A DNA stretch of 63,644 nucleotides, filler included, from Octopus bimaculoides (lineage: Eukaryota): NCBI RefSeq assembly GCF_001194135.2. It is 6 parts of 6 records of this genome, joined end to end, with 100 filler letters (N's around TTAATTAATTAA, not from the genome) between each part and the next. Parts side by side here need not be neighbours in the genome. Positions count along the whole stretch, not along the records: positions 1 to 17,032 come from NC_068990.1; 5 more parts are not named here. One strand, written 5' to 3'. Below, piece after piece: positions 1 through 14,431 of the stretch; within the stretch, counting starts at the first letter, position 1, and each line of letters starts with the position of its first letter. The translations under genes and the position numbers were made by a program. The notes under the pieces were generated by a model. The model searched no databases, had not been told where the DNA came from, and saw only the letters and a program-made list of their open reading frames with translations.

Positions 1-1344
1 AACAACAACAACAATAATATGCCAAACTTTCAAACTTAGCGGTGTAAGATATCCTGTTGCCTCTTCCAACGGCTCTACCATTCTGCTGCTAATGGGGGAG
101 GGTTAATTACTACCGTTAACTTCCTCCTTCCAATTGGGCAACTATTGCTTTAAACTGCCTACGCTTAGCGACGGTTTGATAGCCACTGGTCGGTCAAGAT
201 GCTAGCCTGCCTGCGCACCCCCCCACACCCACGTGTGCTATGTATATCCCCCCGTACTCACGCTCATGCGTGCGTGTATGTATATACACATGTATGCGCG
301 CAGCAACACATCTCTTAACTCTACTATACACTCACAGTGAGGGGGTAAAGTTCCCAATCTAATGGCAATAGAGTTAAATTGGTAGACTTTTAAGAAGACT
401 ATATATATATATAGTGTGTGTGGGGGAGGTATTCAACTATGGTAATATGAATGTGTTTCTATATGCAAATCTCTCCAGCTATCGCCCATGCATGTTCGGC
501 GTTATATTTAGTTATAATAAATATTTCATATTTATCAGAAGAGTTACTCTATACTTCTATTGAGTACAAGCGAAACAAAAATGTTGTTTTTTGGTGACTT
601 GTAAGTTTGGGTCAGTTATGCCCTCGTCAGACTGCGATGCATTAAAGTAAATGTTGGCTCTATATAGTCTCAGTTGGTGGGGTTTGAGCGAGGTTGCCTT
701 TATATGGAGAGGTGTTTTGGAGTAATGTTGATTGATTAAATTTTCGGATATGTTATTATTAGAATTTATTCATGTATCCAGGGATTTGTAAGTAAGTATG
801 TAATTTTAGGTGTGACCTTTTGTTTGGTAGGCACTGCATCATGTTTTAGTAGTTCAGTTATTTTTAGTTTCATTGAATTTTATCTTTTGTTTTGACAATG
901 TAAAGTGCAAAAGTACAGAGTCCAGCAAATTTCAGTATATATATATATATATATATATATATATNNNNNNNNNNNNNNNNNNNNNNNNNNNNNNNNNNNN
1001 NNNNNNNNNNNNNNNNNNNNNNNNNNNNNNNNNNNNNNNNNNNNNNNNNNNNNNNNNNNNNNNNNNNNNNNNNNNNNNNNNNNNNNNNNNNNNNNNNNNN
1101 NNNNNNNNNNNNNNNNNNNNNNNNNNNNNNNNNNNNNNNNNNNNNNNNNNNNNNNNNNNNNNNNNNNNNNNNNNNNNNNNNNNNNNNNNNNNNNNNNNNN
1201 NNNNNNNNNNNNNNNNNNNNNNNNNNNNNNNNNNNNNNNNNNNNNNNNNNNNNNNNNNNNNNNNNNNNNNNNNNNNNNNNNNNNNNNNNNNNNNNNNNNN
1301 NNNNNNNNNNNNNNNNNNNNNNNNNNNNNNNNNNNNNNNNNNAT

Positions 1345-1376
<32 letters not shown>

Positions 1377-1399
1377 TATATATATCAACTGGATATAGA

Positions 1400-2305
1400 C
1401 TGTATGTCCCGATTAAGAAATGTAACTGACAAGAGTTTAATTCGTAGTTACTTAAGCTTGACTAAACTATCTGACATAGGTTTTATGTATATCCTTCAAT
1501 TGAAAAATAATGAAAAAGAATTATATTTACGGAACAGAATATTCTTTCCAGCCAGTGGTTAGAAATTACAAAATTGCAAATATATCAGCATGTGTGAATA
1601 AAAGTATTACTGGTTATAAAACCCCAGCGTGTCAATCGTTTTCTATAGACATAGGTTCACAGTATTAGATTATGTATTGCTATAGTGTAGATCGACGAAA
1701 CTCTTGAACGTTGCTATACGAGTAGGTATGTACAGTCTATAAAGTGTTTTAATAAATTAGCATTAAGTACTAACACACTTGCTTAAAATATGTTAATACA
1801 ACGAATACAATACTAAGGATTTCTACCACGAGAAAGATCCCTTACATTTCTGAGAAGGTCTTATATTGGCGAAGTACGAATTTTTTACATGGTATGATGG
1901 TGTTTTATTATTTTCATGCTGCCCATTTTTACACTGGCCTTTGAGGACGGAAATGTTTCTAATGATTTTTTAAGTATTTCTAAAGCACGTTTTCAAGCTA
2001 AATCCAGAAAAGGTATTCGGGTTCACCAATCACATCGGGAACTTTCTATACACACTACTTTGATTTTTCACAAAAATGTAGTTCCTCTTGCTGTTATATC
2101 CTGGCTTCATTTCGGACCACTAGGTGAAAGTTCGAAAGATGCTTCGTTACTACCATTCTTTTGCATAAAGTATAGTAAATGTATGAATGTCAATAAATTT
2201 TTGCATTGTTCAAGATTTCGTCCAGAAACGAGAAAATTGTATGGCTACGATAAAGAAAATAGAAAAGGTCTACAGTCGTTCTATTGTATTGACACAGATA
2301 CTTAA
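1400..2305 (+). pseudogene. Heavily decayed intronless class A (rhodopsin-like) GPCR relic
   Basis: Ordered motifs across stops and frameshifts: RLRNVT..YLSL.KLSD (ICL1/TM2), CKY then FSID/RFTV (TM3), WYDGVLLF/MLPIFTLAF (TM5), VVPLAVISWL (TM6), CMN...SRFRPETRKL (TM7/helix 8). Confidence 0.45.
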
Positions 2306-2591
2306 ACACAATTAAATCTGCAAATTATATGCATAGATTAGATTAAATAGCATAGATTACTTGGTATAGATACCTTGTTTATCACAAAAACGTAGTCGTG
2401 TGTCATTTCAGTTGTACCAATTACAAATAGGATGAGAGACATATCTCTCATGTGACTTAAGCTTCTTAATTTCTAAGTCTGAGCCATGAATTCTGTTGTT
2501 TTCCAGCTCATCTGTATATAAATGTGTGTGTCTGTGTCTGTGTGTGTATGTGGCCTATATGTATGTGTATGTGTGTGACAATATATGTATG

Positions 2592-2652
<61 letters not shown>

Positions 2653-2905
2653 GTAGAGAGAGAGAGAGAGACGGCCAGACAGACAAACAGACAGACATAC
2701 ATATATACAGACAGACAGACAGTTAGGTAGATATGTATATGAGACACTCATGTGTGTATGTATGAATGTTCATACCCATATATACTCACATTCACACACA
2801 CTTGCTTAAATAAACCTACATATGATGTATGTATGTTCCAATATGTCCGTAGTCATATATATGCATTGATACATACATACACGCACGCACACACANNNNN
2901 NNNNN

Positions 2906-2948
<43 letters not shown>

Positions 2949-4037
2949 CTTATAATATGTGATGTGCGTATGTATACAGGCTATGGTTGCTCATGCTTCT
3001 ATAATAATAACGATACATGAATTTGCATATTTAACCAAATAAACACATGGAGAACGTAACGAGCAGATGAATGGTTCACTCAGAATAGATTCATTACTCT
3101 AATTATATTTCATTTCTGTAGATCCTGGTTTGAAAGCCTCTTGAGTTTTCTTCCTATTTTAATCATATTAAATGTTGATAAAGGAACCAGTAATAAACTT
3201 ACAGGGAAACATTTAATGTCGCCTTTCCCTTTCACAATTTACGCATGTAACTATATAATAGATCTTCTTTAATCAAAAATGTGCCTCAAACGAATTATAT
3301 ACGAATTAATGATTAAAAATTATTTTCTTTAAAGAGATTATAATGTAAAATAAATATCAACCAGATTTTATGAATACGAACTGAAATTACAACTGGTTTT
3401 AAATAAGAAAAGTAAGTAAAAAAAACACAAAATAAAGCATTTAACGGGCATTATTTCTTTTCAAATGAAAAATATATTATGATAATAGTAAAAGAACGGA
3501 ATGCTGCCTATAACTGATTTTCTTTACTTTTTATATATTTAGCGAACATCCGAAACTATAAACGATAAATCAATAGTTGTGAGATAAAACCTGCATTAAT
3601 TTCATTACAATGAAATCACAATGGGATATTGAATCACGTTTCTTACTCTGTTCGGATTCAATAGAAAAATTACGTTAGTGGGTAGAATACGTAAAGTAGC
3701 ATAGATTCATCTGAGTGCAGTGTGAAAGCAATTCTGCCTGAACGAGAGAAATTTGTTTAAAATCACTGAATGCGTTGCTGTTCATGTATGCCATGTTTTA
3801 TTAGGTATTTAATAATTAATACATTGTTGTTTTATGATGTATATCTTTTAATTAATCTGTTAAATTCTCGCAGGAATGTATTCCTAAGTAAAGCCTCAAT
3901 CGCTTAATGTTCGTTATCTCCAGAAGCGTAATTCAATTGCATAATCATATCCCCCGCATTGAAATGATAGCAAAATTAAATACGGAAAATTACATCAGCA
4001 TAGGGTTTAACAATATGACACAGCAAACATTTAAGAT

Positions 4038-4250
<213 letters not shown>

Positions 4251-4449
4251 CAGACAGATATTCATACAAACAAACAAACGTACATACATACATACATATA
4301 TACATACATACACATAAAGTCTAATTGTACGTGATTGGATTTCGTTAAAGTTTTCCAGTTACAATGCCACGATTGACAAAACGTATTCAAGCACTCGGCT
4401 TATGTAAGTATGGCGATGCTTCTTGTGAGAGTCTCTAGAAATCTGTTCT

Positions 4450-5750
4450 CGTTGATTACAGTTGGCGAGTAAGGGAAATTCCCTTCTCTAAATTTTTCTT
4501 AGAATACGGGCAGCCATAAATTCAATAGTTCATTGAAAATTGGGTATTTCGCACTCATATGATGTCATTACGCAATATTTTGGTTGTCTGTGATTTGTGG
4601 GTTGAAAACTTATTAACTGCTTCTAAGTTAATATTACTAAAATCGTTTTGTTTTTTTCTTTCTTCGCAATTTCAAACCTATCGACTTCGCTTATGATAAG
4701 ATTCTTGTTTCGAACTTCTGTGAATTAGTTAAGCAGACTTATTAAGGCTTTAGTCTATCATAGACATGCTTATTCCAGAATGTGTTGGTTTTGCTGTTAG
4801 GAATTGAACAGGTTGTTTAAGAAATAACTTTACAGATATTCGTAACCTACCGATTCCATTACTTTGCTTATGATGCCAGACAAATTAATGGATCAGATCT
4901 ATACTCTATCTCCTATGTCATATGTTGGGATTGTAGAAGTGATCTTCTATTAGTAAGCAAATTACCCACAAGTCAAATAACCGCCAAAGTGGCTCGGCTA
5001 ATTCCACACCACATTCTATCATGACGCTAGCAGTAATTTAATCACAGCCAATAACTCCAACATATCTCCATGGATGTTTTCGTCGAAATTCAAGCTCTAG
5101 AGGCTTTTACTAGAAAGTGATCGACAAGTGATACTTGATAATCAATATTTGACACAGGTCGTTTTACTGTAAAGTTCTGGACAAAGATTTCGCTGCTGTG
5201 TTTTGATGTATAATATTCAAAGACGTGGGTTTAACTTGCAGAAAGAGCGCGGGAGGATAGAACAGAGACAGAAGGAAACATCTTATTATATTCCATCGTT
5301 TGTCGCTACTTATTTTACAGCTACTTACATCTTAGCATTATACTTTCATGTTGCTGTAGTTAGACTGATTGTAACTATATCTTGTTTTCTAAAATTCCAT
5401 TTCCTCTTTGATTGTATTGTTTATTGTTCACTTTCAATTGACAAAAGAAATCGTTTTTCTTCTTGGAATCTCTTTCATAATAGTCATGAAATCGAGCTTT
5501 GTCACCGGGCTACTTTCTGATGACTTTGCTGAGGTTGAAGTCGCCAAAGACTTTACAGTTATTGTATTTTGCATCAGCATTTCCTCGACATACCTTTCTT
5601 TCGAAACGGATGTCTAGCACAGATATAAAATTATGGCGCATGTATCACATTTTGCGCTTTTGTAGTGTCAATCATTTCTTCTGTATGGCTTTCGCAGGAA
5701 CAAAAGATTTTCCTTGGTTGTTCTATCCTACTGAAGTACTTCGAAAGTAA
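4450..5750 (-). mobile_element. Degenerate CR1/Jockey-type LINE ORF2 relic
   Basis: Minus-strand GDFN (5534-5545, endonuclease motif), then IHGDML..ECGVELAEPLW and GDR....INLSGIISKVMES (about 4851-5070, start of RT), with multiple stops. Confidence 0.45.
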
Positions 5751-6305
5751 GCACTGGATGTGATATACCTATGGTTCGTTTTTGGCCAGCTTCTCTTCAG
5801 CCGTGTATCTTAAACAGTGTAGGGATATCAAAAGTAATCATTGTTATTAGATAAAGGATTGAAGGCGTAAACTCGCTAAGGATTTATGTTTAATTCTTAT
5901 TTTCCATTACTCGTTTTAATATGCTGTGTATTTCGGTCTACTGATCGCATCAGATTAATGAAAAGAAAACATGAACAAGGGACAAATATATTTATGTAAC
6001 ACATTTCTAAAACATTTTCTAGAAATGAATCAAATGCAGAAAACGGGGTCGGTTATTTATTCCCTGAACAAGGAGTTTAATATGCCTTATTTTAAATGTA
6101 ATTAATTAGATAAAGAATTGTATATACACTTCTAGAGAGAGAAGAGCAGAGAATGTGTGAGAGAGAGAAATAGACTAATATTTCTTTCTACTATAGGGAT
6201 AAGGGCTGAAATTGTGGGTGGGGGCTAGTCGATTACATCGAACCCGTTGTGCAACCGCATAACAATTTTCTAGCTCACAGTCTTATAAGGTAGATACTAG
6301 CGATG

Positions 6306-6440
<135 letters not shown>

Positions 6441-8641
6441 AGAGAGAGAAAGAAAGAAAGAAAAAAGAAAGAAAGAAACAGGGGAATGAGGCATAAAAGG
6501 AAGAACACGAAAAAAGAAATGTATCAAAAACATTGTAATATGAGGACTAGAAAACTTTTAAGGCAAAGGTTCCTGATTCTGTAGGGTTTCGTTCCATTGT
6601 GTTTTAAATTAAGTTAGAGTGAGAAAATTTTGATGGTGAAAGGCAGTAATAGCTAGAAGCCTAAATGTACGTATTGAGTATATGAAAAGAAGATTTACTG
6701 AATCTAATACGGGTATGAGCTAGATATACAATAGCTTGGAGTTACTGAGAAGAGGTTCATATCAGAGGGATAAATCTTTCAGGAAAGTGACATCTATTTA
6801 GTAAATAATAATTCGGAATAATAATTCTTAATTGTTTTGGAACCTCCTTTGCAGGATGATACCGTGACAAAAACTCAATGAAGACTAGTAAAGACATTGA
6901 TTTAGAAAGGAAAATATCATGGAGATGAGAATAATATACGATGAAAGAAGGAGAAAAAGACACTTATGCTTTTAGCCCCATTTTCGTTCTACTCATGAAA
7001 ATGAATTTTGGTTAAGAATGATTTCAGATATTTTTATATAGATTAAATTATATATATAACTTGGTAAAGGCAAGTCCTTAATCGAGATGCCAATTGAAGC
7101 AGAATCACATATCCGTAGCTGCCATTTTCTAATAACATTTTACTTCATTAAGAACCATTCTTTAATTTCTTGAAATTAAGTACCCACTACATTCATAGCC
7201 ATTGATTACCAAAGCTAGATCTAACGTCGCTGACAGAAAAAGAAATTTAAGAAAAAGTATTTAGTGTGTATAACATTCAATGCACTCCGCAATCGAAGTT
7301 ATCCCGAATCATTTAATTATCACGTACGTGACATTTTTACACTTTACAGCCCCCGCCCCCACCCACACACACACACACAAACTCATACATATGTATGCAT
7401 GTAAGTATATTCTTTTGTATGCGTGCATGTAAGTATGTATATGCTACACTTATTACAACGTTTCTTGTTATGTCTCAAGCTACTGCTATCTAACACCTTC
7501 GGGTGATCTCTACTCAACCGTTACACGACAGCTACTCAACAGTCATTCAACTCTCTACCACGGCCAGACTACATCTATTTATATGTCTTGGGTGATCCTA
7601 CTTCTTCGCTTGGGGGCGTCGACACAACGTTTCTGAAATAATGCTTCTCCAAATTTTCATGGATGTTTAATTTCATGCTTGCTTTGAACGAGCAAGCATA
7701 TGACCAAAAGAGCTCAACCTATTAGCGTTAAGGTTTGCTCGTCAAACGTGATATATATATCTGATGAAACAACGTTAGGATTTGTACGTAATATTGCTGT
7801 TATTTCTAAGAGATCGAGCAACCATGTAATGTATTCGATGCTGGTGTGAGTGCAAAATAATTTCAGAAATTAGAAACAAGAAAAGGAATGCGGAAATATT
7901 GATTTTTAAAGAAATAGAAGCGTTTCCGCCTGTAAGTAGAAGAAATATCTTTTGAACTATTAAATTAGAAACAGTTCAATTTCCTTTCCACAGATGAAGG
8001 TGAGAAACTTGCCCCATCTCATGATATTTTGTAATTGATATTGATTTATGTCATATAGATGGAAGGTTAGTTAGGTCTTCCATAAGATAGTTTCTAGCAG
8101 AGGATTCTATTATATAAAGGCAACCAGAACAGAAATTGAACTTGGGACAAAGATGATCGAAATTACATTCTATTTTGCATTAAGAGTATAATTTTTACAT
8201 CGATTCTAAATATTACATTCAGCTTGCAGTAACGATAGATAACAGAATATACCTTAGAATATATGTTATTTCTTCACTTTTGAAAGTAATGGAACACCAA
8301 CCGATTATATAATAGACGAGGCGATGTCTTATGTAACACTCTTCTTCAACAAATGTATTGTAACAGAATGAAATGTTATTTTTGAAGACATAAAATCTGT
8401 TAACACAGACAATATAGAATATAGAATAATGGATTGAATTGTGACCCGACTATGTCACTAGGACATATAATGCATTTATATTATATTGTGAATCGATTGC
8501 ACGAGGATCACATGACCGAATATAGCATAAATAATTGCCTATGTCAGAGATTAATGTATACAAATACCTATACACTCTTTCCCAGTAGTGGAAAGTAACG
8601 ATTGGTCCACCCGATTCGGACCTATTTAGGAAATTGTGTAC

Positions 8642-8689
<48 letters not shown>

Positions 8690-9232
8690 CAGCTAAAATA
8701 ACTAATGGTGTCTGTTTGGTGGTCCAGCGCTGGTGTCATCCACTACTGCTTCATGAGACCTGGTAAGTCAATTACAGCGGATGTCGGCCAATGAAATGAT
8801 TTGTGAACTTGCAATTAAACAACCGAGTTTGGTCAAGAGACAAGCCAATTCTCTTGCAAGACAATGCTCAACCACGTGTTGTACAAAGAACGCTACTCAA
8901 ATTACATGGACCTGAACTTAGAAGTACTCTGTCTTCCACCATATTCACCAAACCTTGCACCACCTGACTATCACATTTTCCAGACATTTGACAACGTTTT
9001 ACAAGGAAAAAACCTCAAATCTGAAGAAGATGCACAAACAGCTTTTCATAATTTCATCACCTTTTGCCCTACAGAATTCTTCCCCGCCGGCATAAATAAG
9101 CTGTCGATAAAATGGCAAAATTCTTTTGATAATTTAGGGGCATACTTTGATTAACTGCATTGCTTTTTGTTGAGATATAGTAAAAAAAACATTCGGTCCA
9201 AAATTGGACATTTCATTCTTAATGACCATATA
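8690..9232 (+). mobile_element. Mariner DNA transposon 3' fragment (defective transposase)
   Basis: Transposase motifs VWWSSAGVIHY, LLQDNA, PPYSPNLAPPDYHIF and GINKL..KWQ...DNLGAYFD*; probable right TIR near 9200-9232; frameshifted. Confidence 0.92.
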
Positions 9233-9241
9233 TGTGTATGC

Positions 9242-9306
<65 letters not shown>

Positions 9307-11584
9307 ATGCACATATATATACGCATGTATGTATATATGTATGCATGTATATATGAACGTATGTAAGTTATCATTATCTGGGACTTCACTAAACCGAGAA
9401 ACCGATTTACATGATTACTTTATTGCTGGTAATTAATTTAATTATAGTGACACGCTAAGCAGCGTGTATATTTTGTATAAACTGTAGATTTTTTAAACTG
9501 TGCGAGTTTTAGTCAACAATGTATGGATGCACTTGGTAAATGTTAATATAAATCTATACAACCTTTCCATGTATACAGAAATATGGAACATCCGAATAGA
9601 TATAGTAGTTAATTATCTCAGAACTTATATAATAGATAGAACGTGGATGAGTTTTAACGTGCTCTGAAAGGAAGGTGAGAGAGAAGGAAATACAAATATT
9701 AATGCAGCTTGACGACGATTGCGTCGCCTTCTTTATTATAGCAAATATTGAGAATGGTTTATGTCATGCCTGTTATCACTTTTCCATTAAAATGGTAAGT
9801 GAAAATTCAATTCAGTCAGTCATCAACTATAAATCTTCCGTATTTCAAACAAATCATTTCGTAGAACTATTTGAGAACGTCTGTGAAGATTCACAAATCT
9901 TTCTCTCATTTTCTTTGTTATCACCCCCTTTAGTTTGTTCTAGACTTTGTTTTATTGAATTTTGTTTTTAATTTAGGCATTGTATCAGCTTGGCAAGAAA
10001 AATATAGATTGTCGAAGCTCGCTGCATATATTGGCAATCAATCATTCTAAATTATTCTTCTAATATTTATCTTAAGGATAGACAGCGTGGAAATATCTTT
10101 TACAACTGATCCTTGCCAATCCGTGTTAGGTTGCGTACATTTTCATCTCGTATAAGAATCTAAATTTATAGCATTAGTCCTATTAAAAAGTATTATTTAT
10201 TGCCTTAATTCATAGATGATTAGACATGAGCTAGCACCTGTTATGAATATAAAATACGCACAAGAATATTATAAGTATAGTTGTGGAACTATTGCAAATT
10301 CTACAGTTATATATAGTAGTTTCTCAGCTTCTAGTAAATTGCTGCAGCAACAAGGTTCAAATTATTAAATACAACTAAATTTACTTGGCCTCTTTTTGGA
10401 AATGCACCAACGTTTAATCTCTAATTTTCTCTTTCTAAAATATATTACATTTATGCCGAGCTAAAACAAAACCATACTAGACATAATTTAATCTATTGAA
10501 TAGAAAATTAATAGAAACTTATCAAGTATAATTTCTTACTGAGATTATTTCCATAACAGGTATCACGTTTCAAATATTTTCATCAAGTTATCTTTTTATG
10601 TTTACATTTGCACACACTATGTAGTTACATTTACCAAAGATGTCAGCACCGGAACGTCTTTATGTTCATCAAATGTGGTAAAAATAACAGATATTTTCCT
10701 CAAATAAGCCCTTAGTGCTTGAAAAAGAAAAGTATAGGAAGAGTACTACTACAGTACAGTACCTGCGATTGAATCATAGACAGAATGTGACTACACAATA
10801 AAAACACAAGCCAATAATACAGACAATTCTTGTGCTTCAAAACAATACGTACTGTTTACTGTAAAACTTAAATAAGAAGTCTGAAATCACAAAGTATGAA
10901 CCTCTTCTTAGTAACGTGAACAACAACTGTCAGGACATCCAAATATTATTGCATTTTTCCACAATAAATATACATGATATTTGGGTGGTTAAAAGGTTTA
11001 CGTTGTAACTATACAGTTTCATTTTCTTGCTCACTAATTCGGATAACGTACAAAATGTGTCCTAAATCAGCTTAAGTTTTGCTAATGGTCTGCAAGTGAA
11101 ATCTGGTGGATATACAGGTCGTACATGGATGTATATATGAAAGCACGTATGTGTGTATGAAGGATTGTGTTTAAGGATATAGGTGTTGTGTCTAACCATG
11201 TACTTTTGCATCATAATTGTTTGGTTAGCGTTTCATTAGACAATACTTTAGAAAAAAAGCAGCACGCTAAATTAACTGCATGAATCAACATTATCAGTTA
11301 AAAATCCCGCAGATGGTGCATAAGTATGACCTCGGTCCAACGGCTAAAAGTAGCAAACGAAAATACTCGACAACACTTAGCTAACAAGTCGGATGAACAG
11401 AATTCTCGAAACTATGAAGATACACTTAATCTTCTCGTAAACTACTACATACTTTATTTAAAAAATATTTCAACAAAAATCTATTTAGTTTTATATAAAG
11501 AAATATTCTATATATATAAAAACCATACGTACGCACCTCGCCTCACACGTGCACACACGCACACACACATACACACATATTCAT

Positions 11585-11657
<73 letters not shown>

Positions 11658-11966
11658 ATGTACATTTGTCCATGAACTAGGGGATGCAGAAAAGTTCATG
11701 GCTTTGGGTAAAAGAAAATACAGGAGGATCGATTAATTATGATTCGATTCAACATATTCCCTTCTCAGCTTCACACACTTATTGCAGTGGTCCTTCGGTT
11801 TTTCTTTGCCGTGTAAAAGAACCAGGAAGGTTGAGCTTCCAGCCACGCCTTTCGCGATATCCTTAAAGCTATGAACTCTTCAAAATTTCCTCGTATATGA
11901 GTGTATATATACATACGTATATATCCACTGATACCTATATGAATATATACATACATGCGTGTGTCC

Positions 11967-12017
<51 letters not shown>

Positions 12018-12074
12018 TATACACACACGCACGCCCACATATACATAAATGTATACGTCCATATATATATATAT

Positions 12075-12147
<73 letters not shown>

Positions 12148-13507
12148 GGTGAGGGAGAAAGTACAAGTCAACCATTATCGTTTGAGTTCTTTTTTTGTTT
12201 TGTTTTCTTTTTTCTCTTTAATTTTAGTTCTCTAACTATGCACTCGTAATAAGTTGTTATTTATTTATTCAGCCGTAAAGCGGGGAAATGAGATATAAAT
12301 TTATCGTTTTTTATTTTCTTTTGTCGTTTTGAAACTGCTGAAACGAAATAATGTTTAGATATATAATTCATAAATTGGGGTGTAATTTATTTATATTAGA
12401 CAGCCAGAGATATTCCGGTTGGTTTGATATCGAATGTCTTGATCGGAAAATTAAGGGTCTAACACTGTTAACTGTGAAGTGACGTGTTAAAGTTAAAGTA
12501 TCCGGCCTTATATTATTTGCAGCGAAATGATAATGTTATGTTAAAGTGTGAGACCTTATACAATTAGCAACCAAGTCAATATCACTGTTTTAATAACGTG
12601 TAGTAAATTGCATTAAAGTGATTGATTTAATAAAATACATTATCTGGTTTGAAGTAATAACACGTCATACATATATATATTACTATACATAATTTGAGGT
12701 GTGAGGACGTGTGGCCTAGTAGTTAGGGAGTTGCACTCACGATCGCGAGATCGTGGTTTCAGTTCCTAGACCGGGTGGTGCATTATGTTCTTGAACAAAA
12801 TACTGACTTTCATGTTGCTCTTCGATCACTCTCACGCGATTTAATGTAGGGGAGTGTACAGCACATACATTCCATCACTATAAACAACTCCTTTGTGGAG
12901 GTCATTCAACAAATGCTGAAGACTCATACGTCGTTTTCGACGGGAAAGACCGTCATATAATTCATAAAAGGACAATTAAGCTTATGTATATCTACACAGC
13001 ATTCAACCAACTAAAGAGCACGTCAGTATTTTTTTAAAAAATACAGAGATAATGCAGATATAATAGCAAATTGATACATTAAATGTATTTGTCAGAGGGT
13101 TAGACAATAAGTGAGTGGCAGACGATGACGCACAACCGACTATATTAGTAGAATATGTGCATATGTAACTGTGTGTTTGTGTGGGTGAGTGTATGTGCAT
13201 ATGTGTGTGTATGTAGGACAGAGTGAAATCCTATTGCAATACACAGTGTTAGGAAAATAGTTTTTCACTAAAACTTGTATTGTTTGTAAACCAATACGAG
13301 GATAAAATATTCACTGACGGTACAAGGTTCATGGTGTTTATTTGACCATGATTAACTAGAAGGAGTTTTACATTATTCTGAACTTGCGAAATATTAATAA
13401 TAGTTGTCTCAACTCTGATGACATTCTCTTAAATATATTGGAGTTTTTGGACAAACGTGTATAAATATTCATAAAGTGTTATTGCTTTTCTTACTGAAGC
13501 AAAAGAA

Positions 13508-13567
<60 letters not shown>

Positions 13568-14354
13568 ATTTAGATACATGTATGTATAGATATTTTAGGA
13601 GAATACCACATCAAATTCTAAGTTATATATTCCTCTAGTAATCTTCTCAGTTTTCAATGCGAAACCAAATTTAGAAAGGCATTGGCCTCAATTTCACAAA
13701 GACAGACACTTTCCATTCTTTAATGTTTACGCTCCATCTAAAGATAATTTAGCCAAGATAAACTGTAATATATAGCAATCATTAGCTGTATTTATTTTCC
13801 ATTTAGTTGCAAATACATTTCAGAAGTCCATAGAAACTATGCACAAATCAACTTCTGAAGGTTAACTCATTTCTATAGTAGATAGTAACTCGCTTTTAAA
13901 ATGTGGATGCCAGCGATAAGAAAAACATATAATAAAACGTAATAATGATCAAGATATGTAGGTTGTTGGGGAACATCGCTTCAAAACTTTGCTAATAAAA
14001 CCTAACCACTTATTCTTCTTAATACGCTTCATAGTATTCCATGCCCTATTATATCTTATCCCACAATTGTTGCAGTGCTTTAACTCGATTATATAACTTT
14101 GTTATATTTTTATATGTCATTTTGAATGTATTACGAGTGAATCAGCCTCTTCAACATTAGATTCAAGTTTTTGGCCGCTCGCCATAGAAAGGCAAAAAAA
14201 AGATATTCCTTTATCGAATACACAATTTAGCTCTCCGCAAATTAGCAAATATTTCTTTCAAATTACAGCGGCGTACATATCATACTTAGTACATTATCTA
14301 CGCACACACAACACACGCATATGCGTATACATATGTGTATATATGTTAATATAT

Positions 14355-14431
<77 letters not shown>

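Noticed and set aside
870-1388. Long ORFs in the track that span N-runs (also 19555-19914, 37038-37338, 58368-58743, 61160-62221)
   Set aside because: They are open only because N codons are not stops; the flanks are (TA)n or (CA)n.
10640-10960. Minus-strand VLYCSSTLPILF as a GPCR TM7
   Set aside because: It is a single motif without ordered upstream TM signatures and is indistinguishable from chance.
12705-12830. tRNA gene (and tRNA-like heads at 26236, 45041, 28110-28185)
   Set aside because: A/B-box-like heads continue into SINE bodies and lack a complete cloverleaf acceptor stem.
12905-12955. Hammerhead-like CTGAAGA...GAAA...GTC with a CGTCG/CGACG hairpin; also GAAACGTTGTGT on the minus strand near 7622-7633
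   Set aside because: Stem I cannot be formed at 12.9 kb, and the CUGANGA core is missing at 7.6 kb.
13700-13760. NVYAP LINE endonuclease motif
   Set aside because: It is an isolated 5-residue match with no other recognisable motifs nearby.
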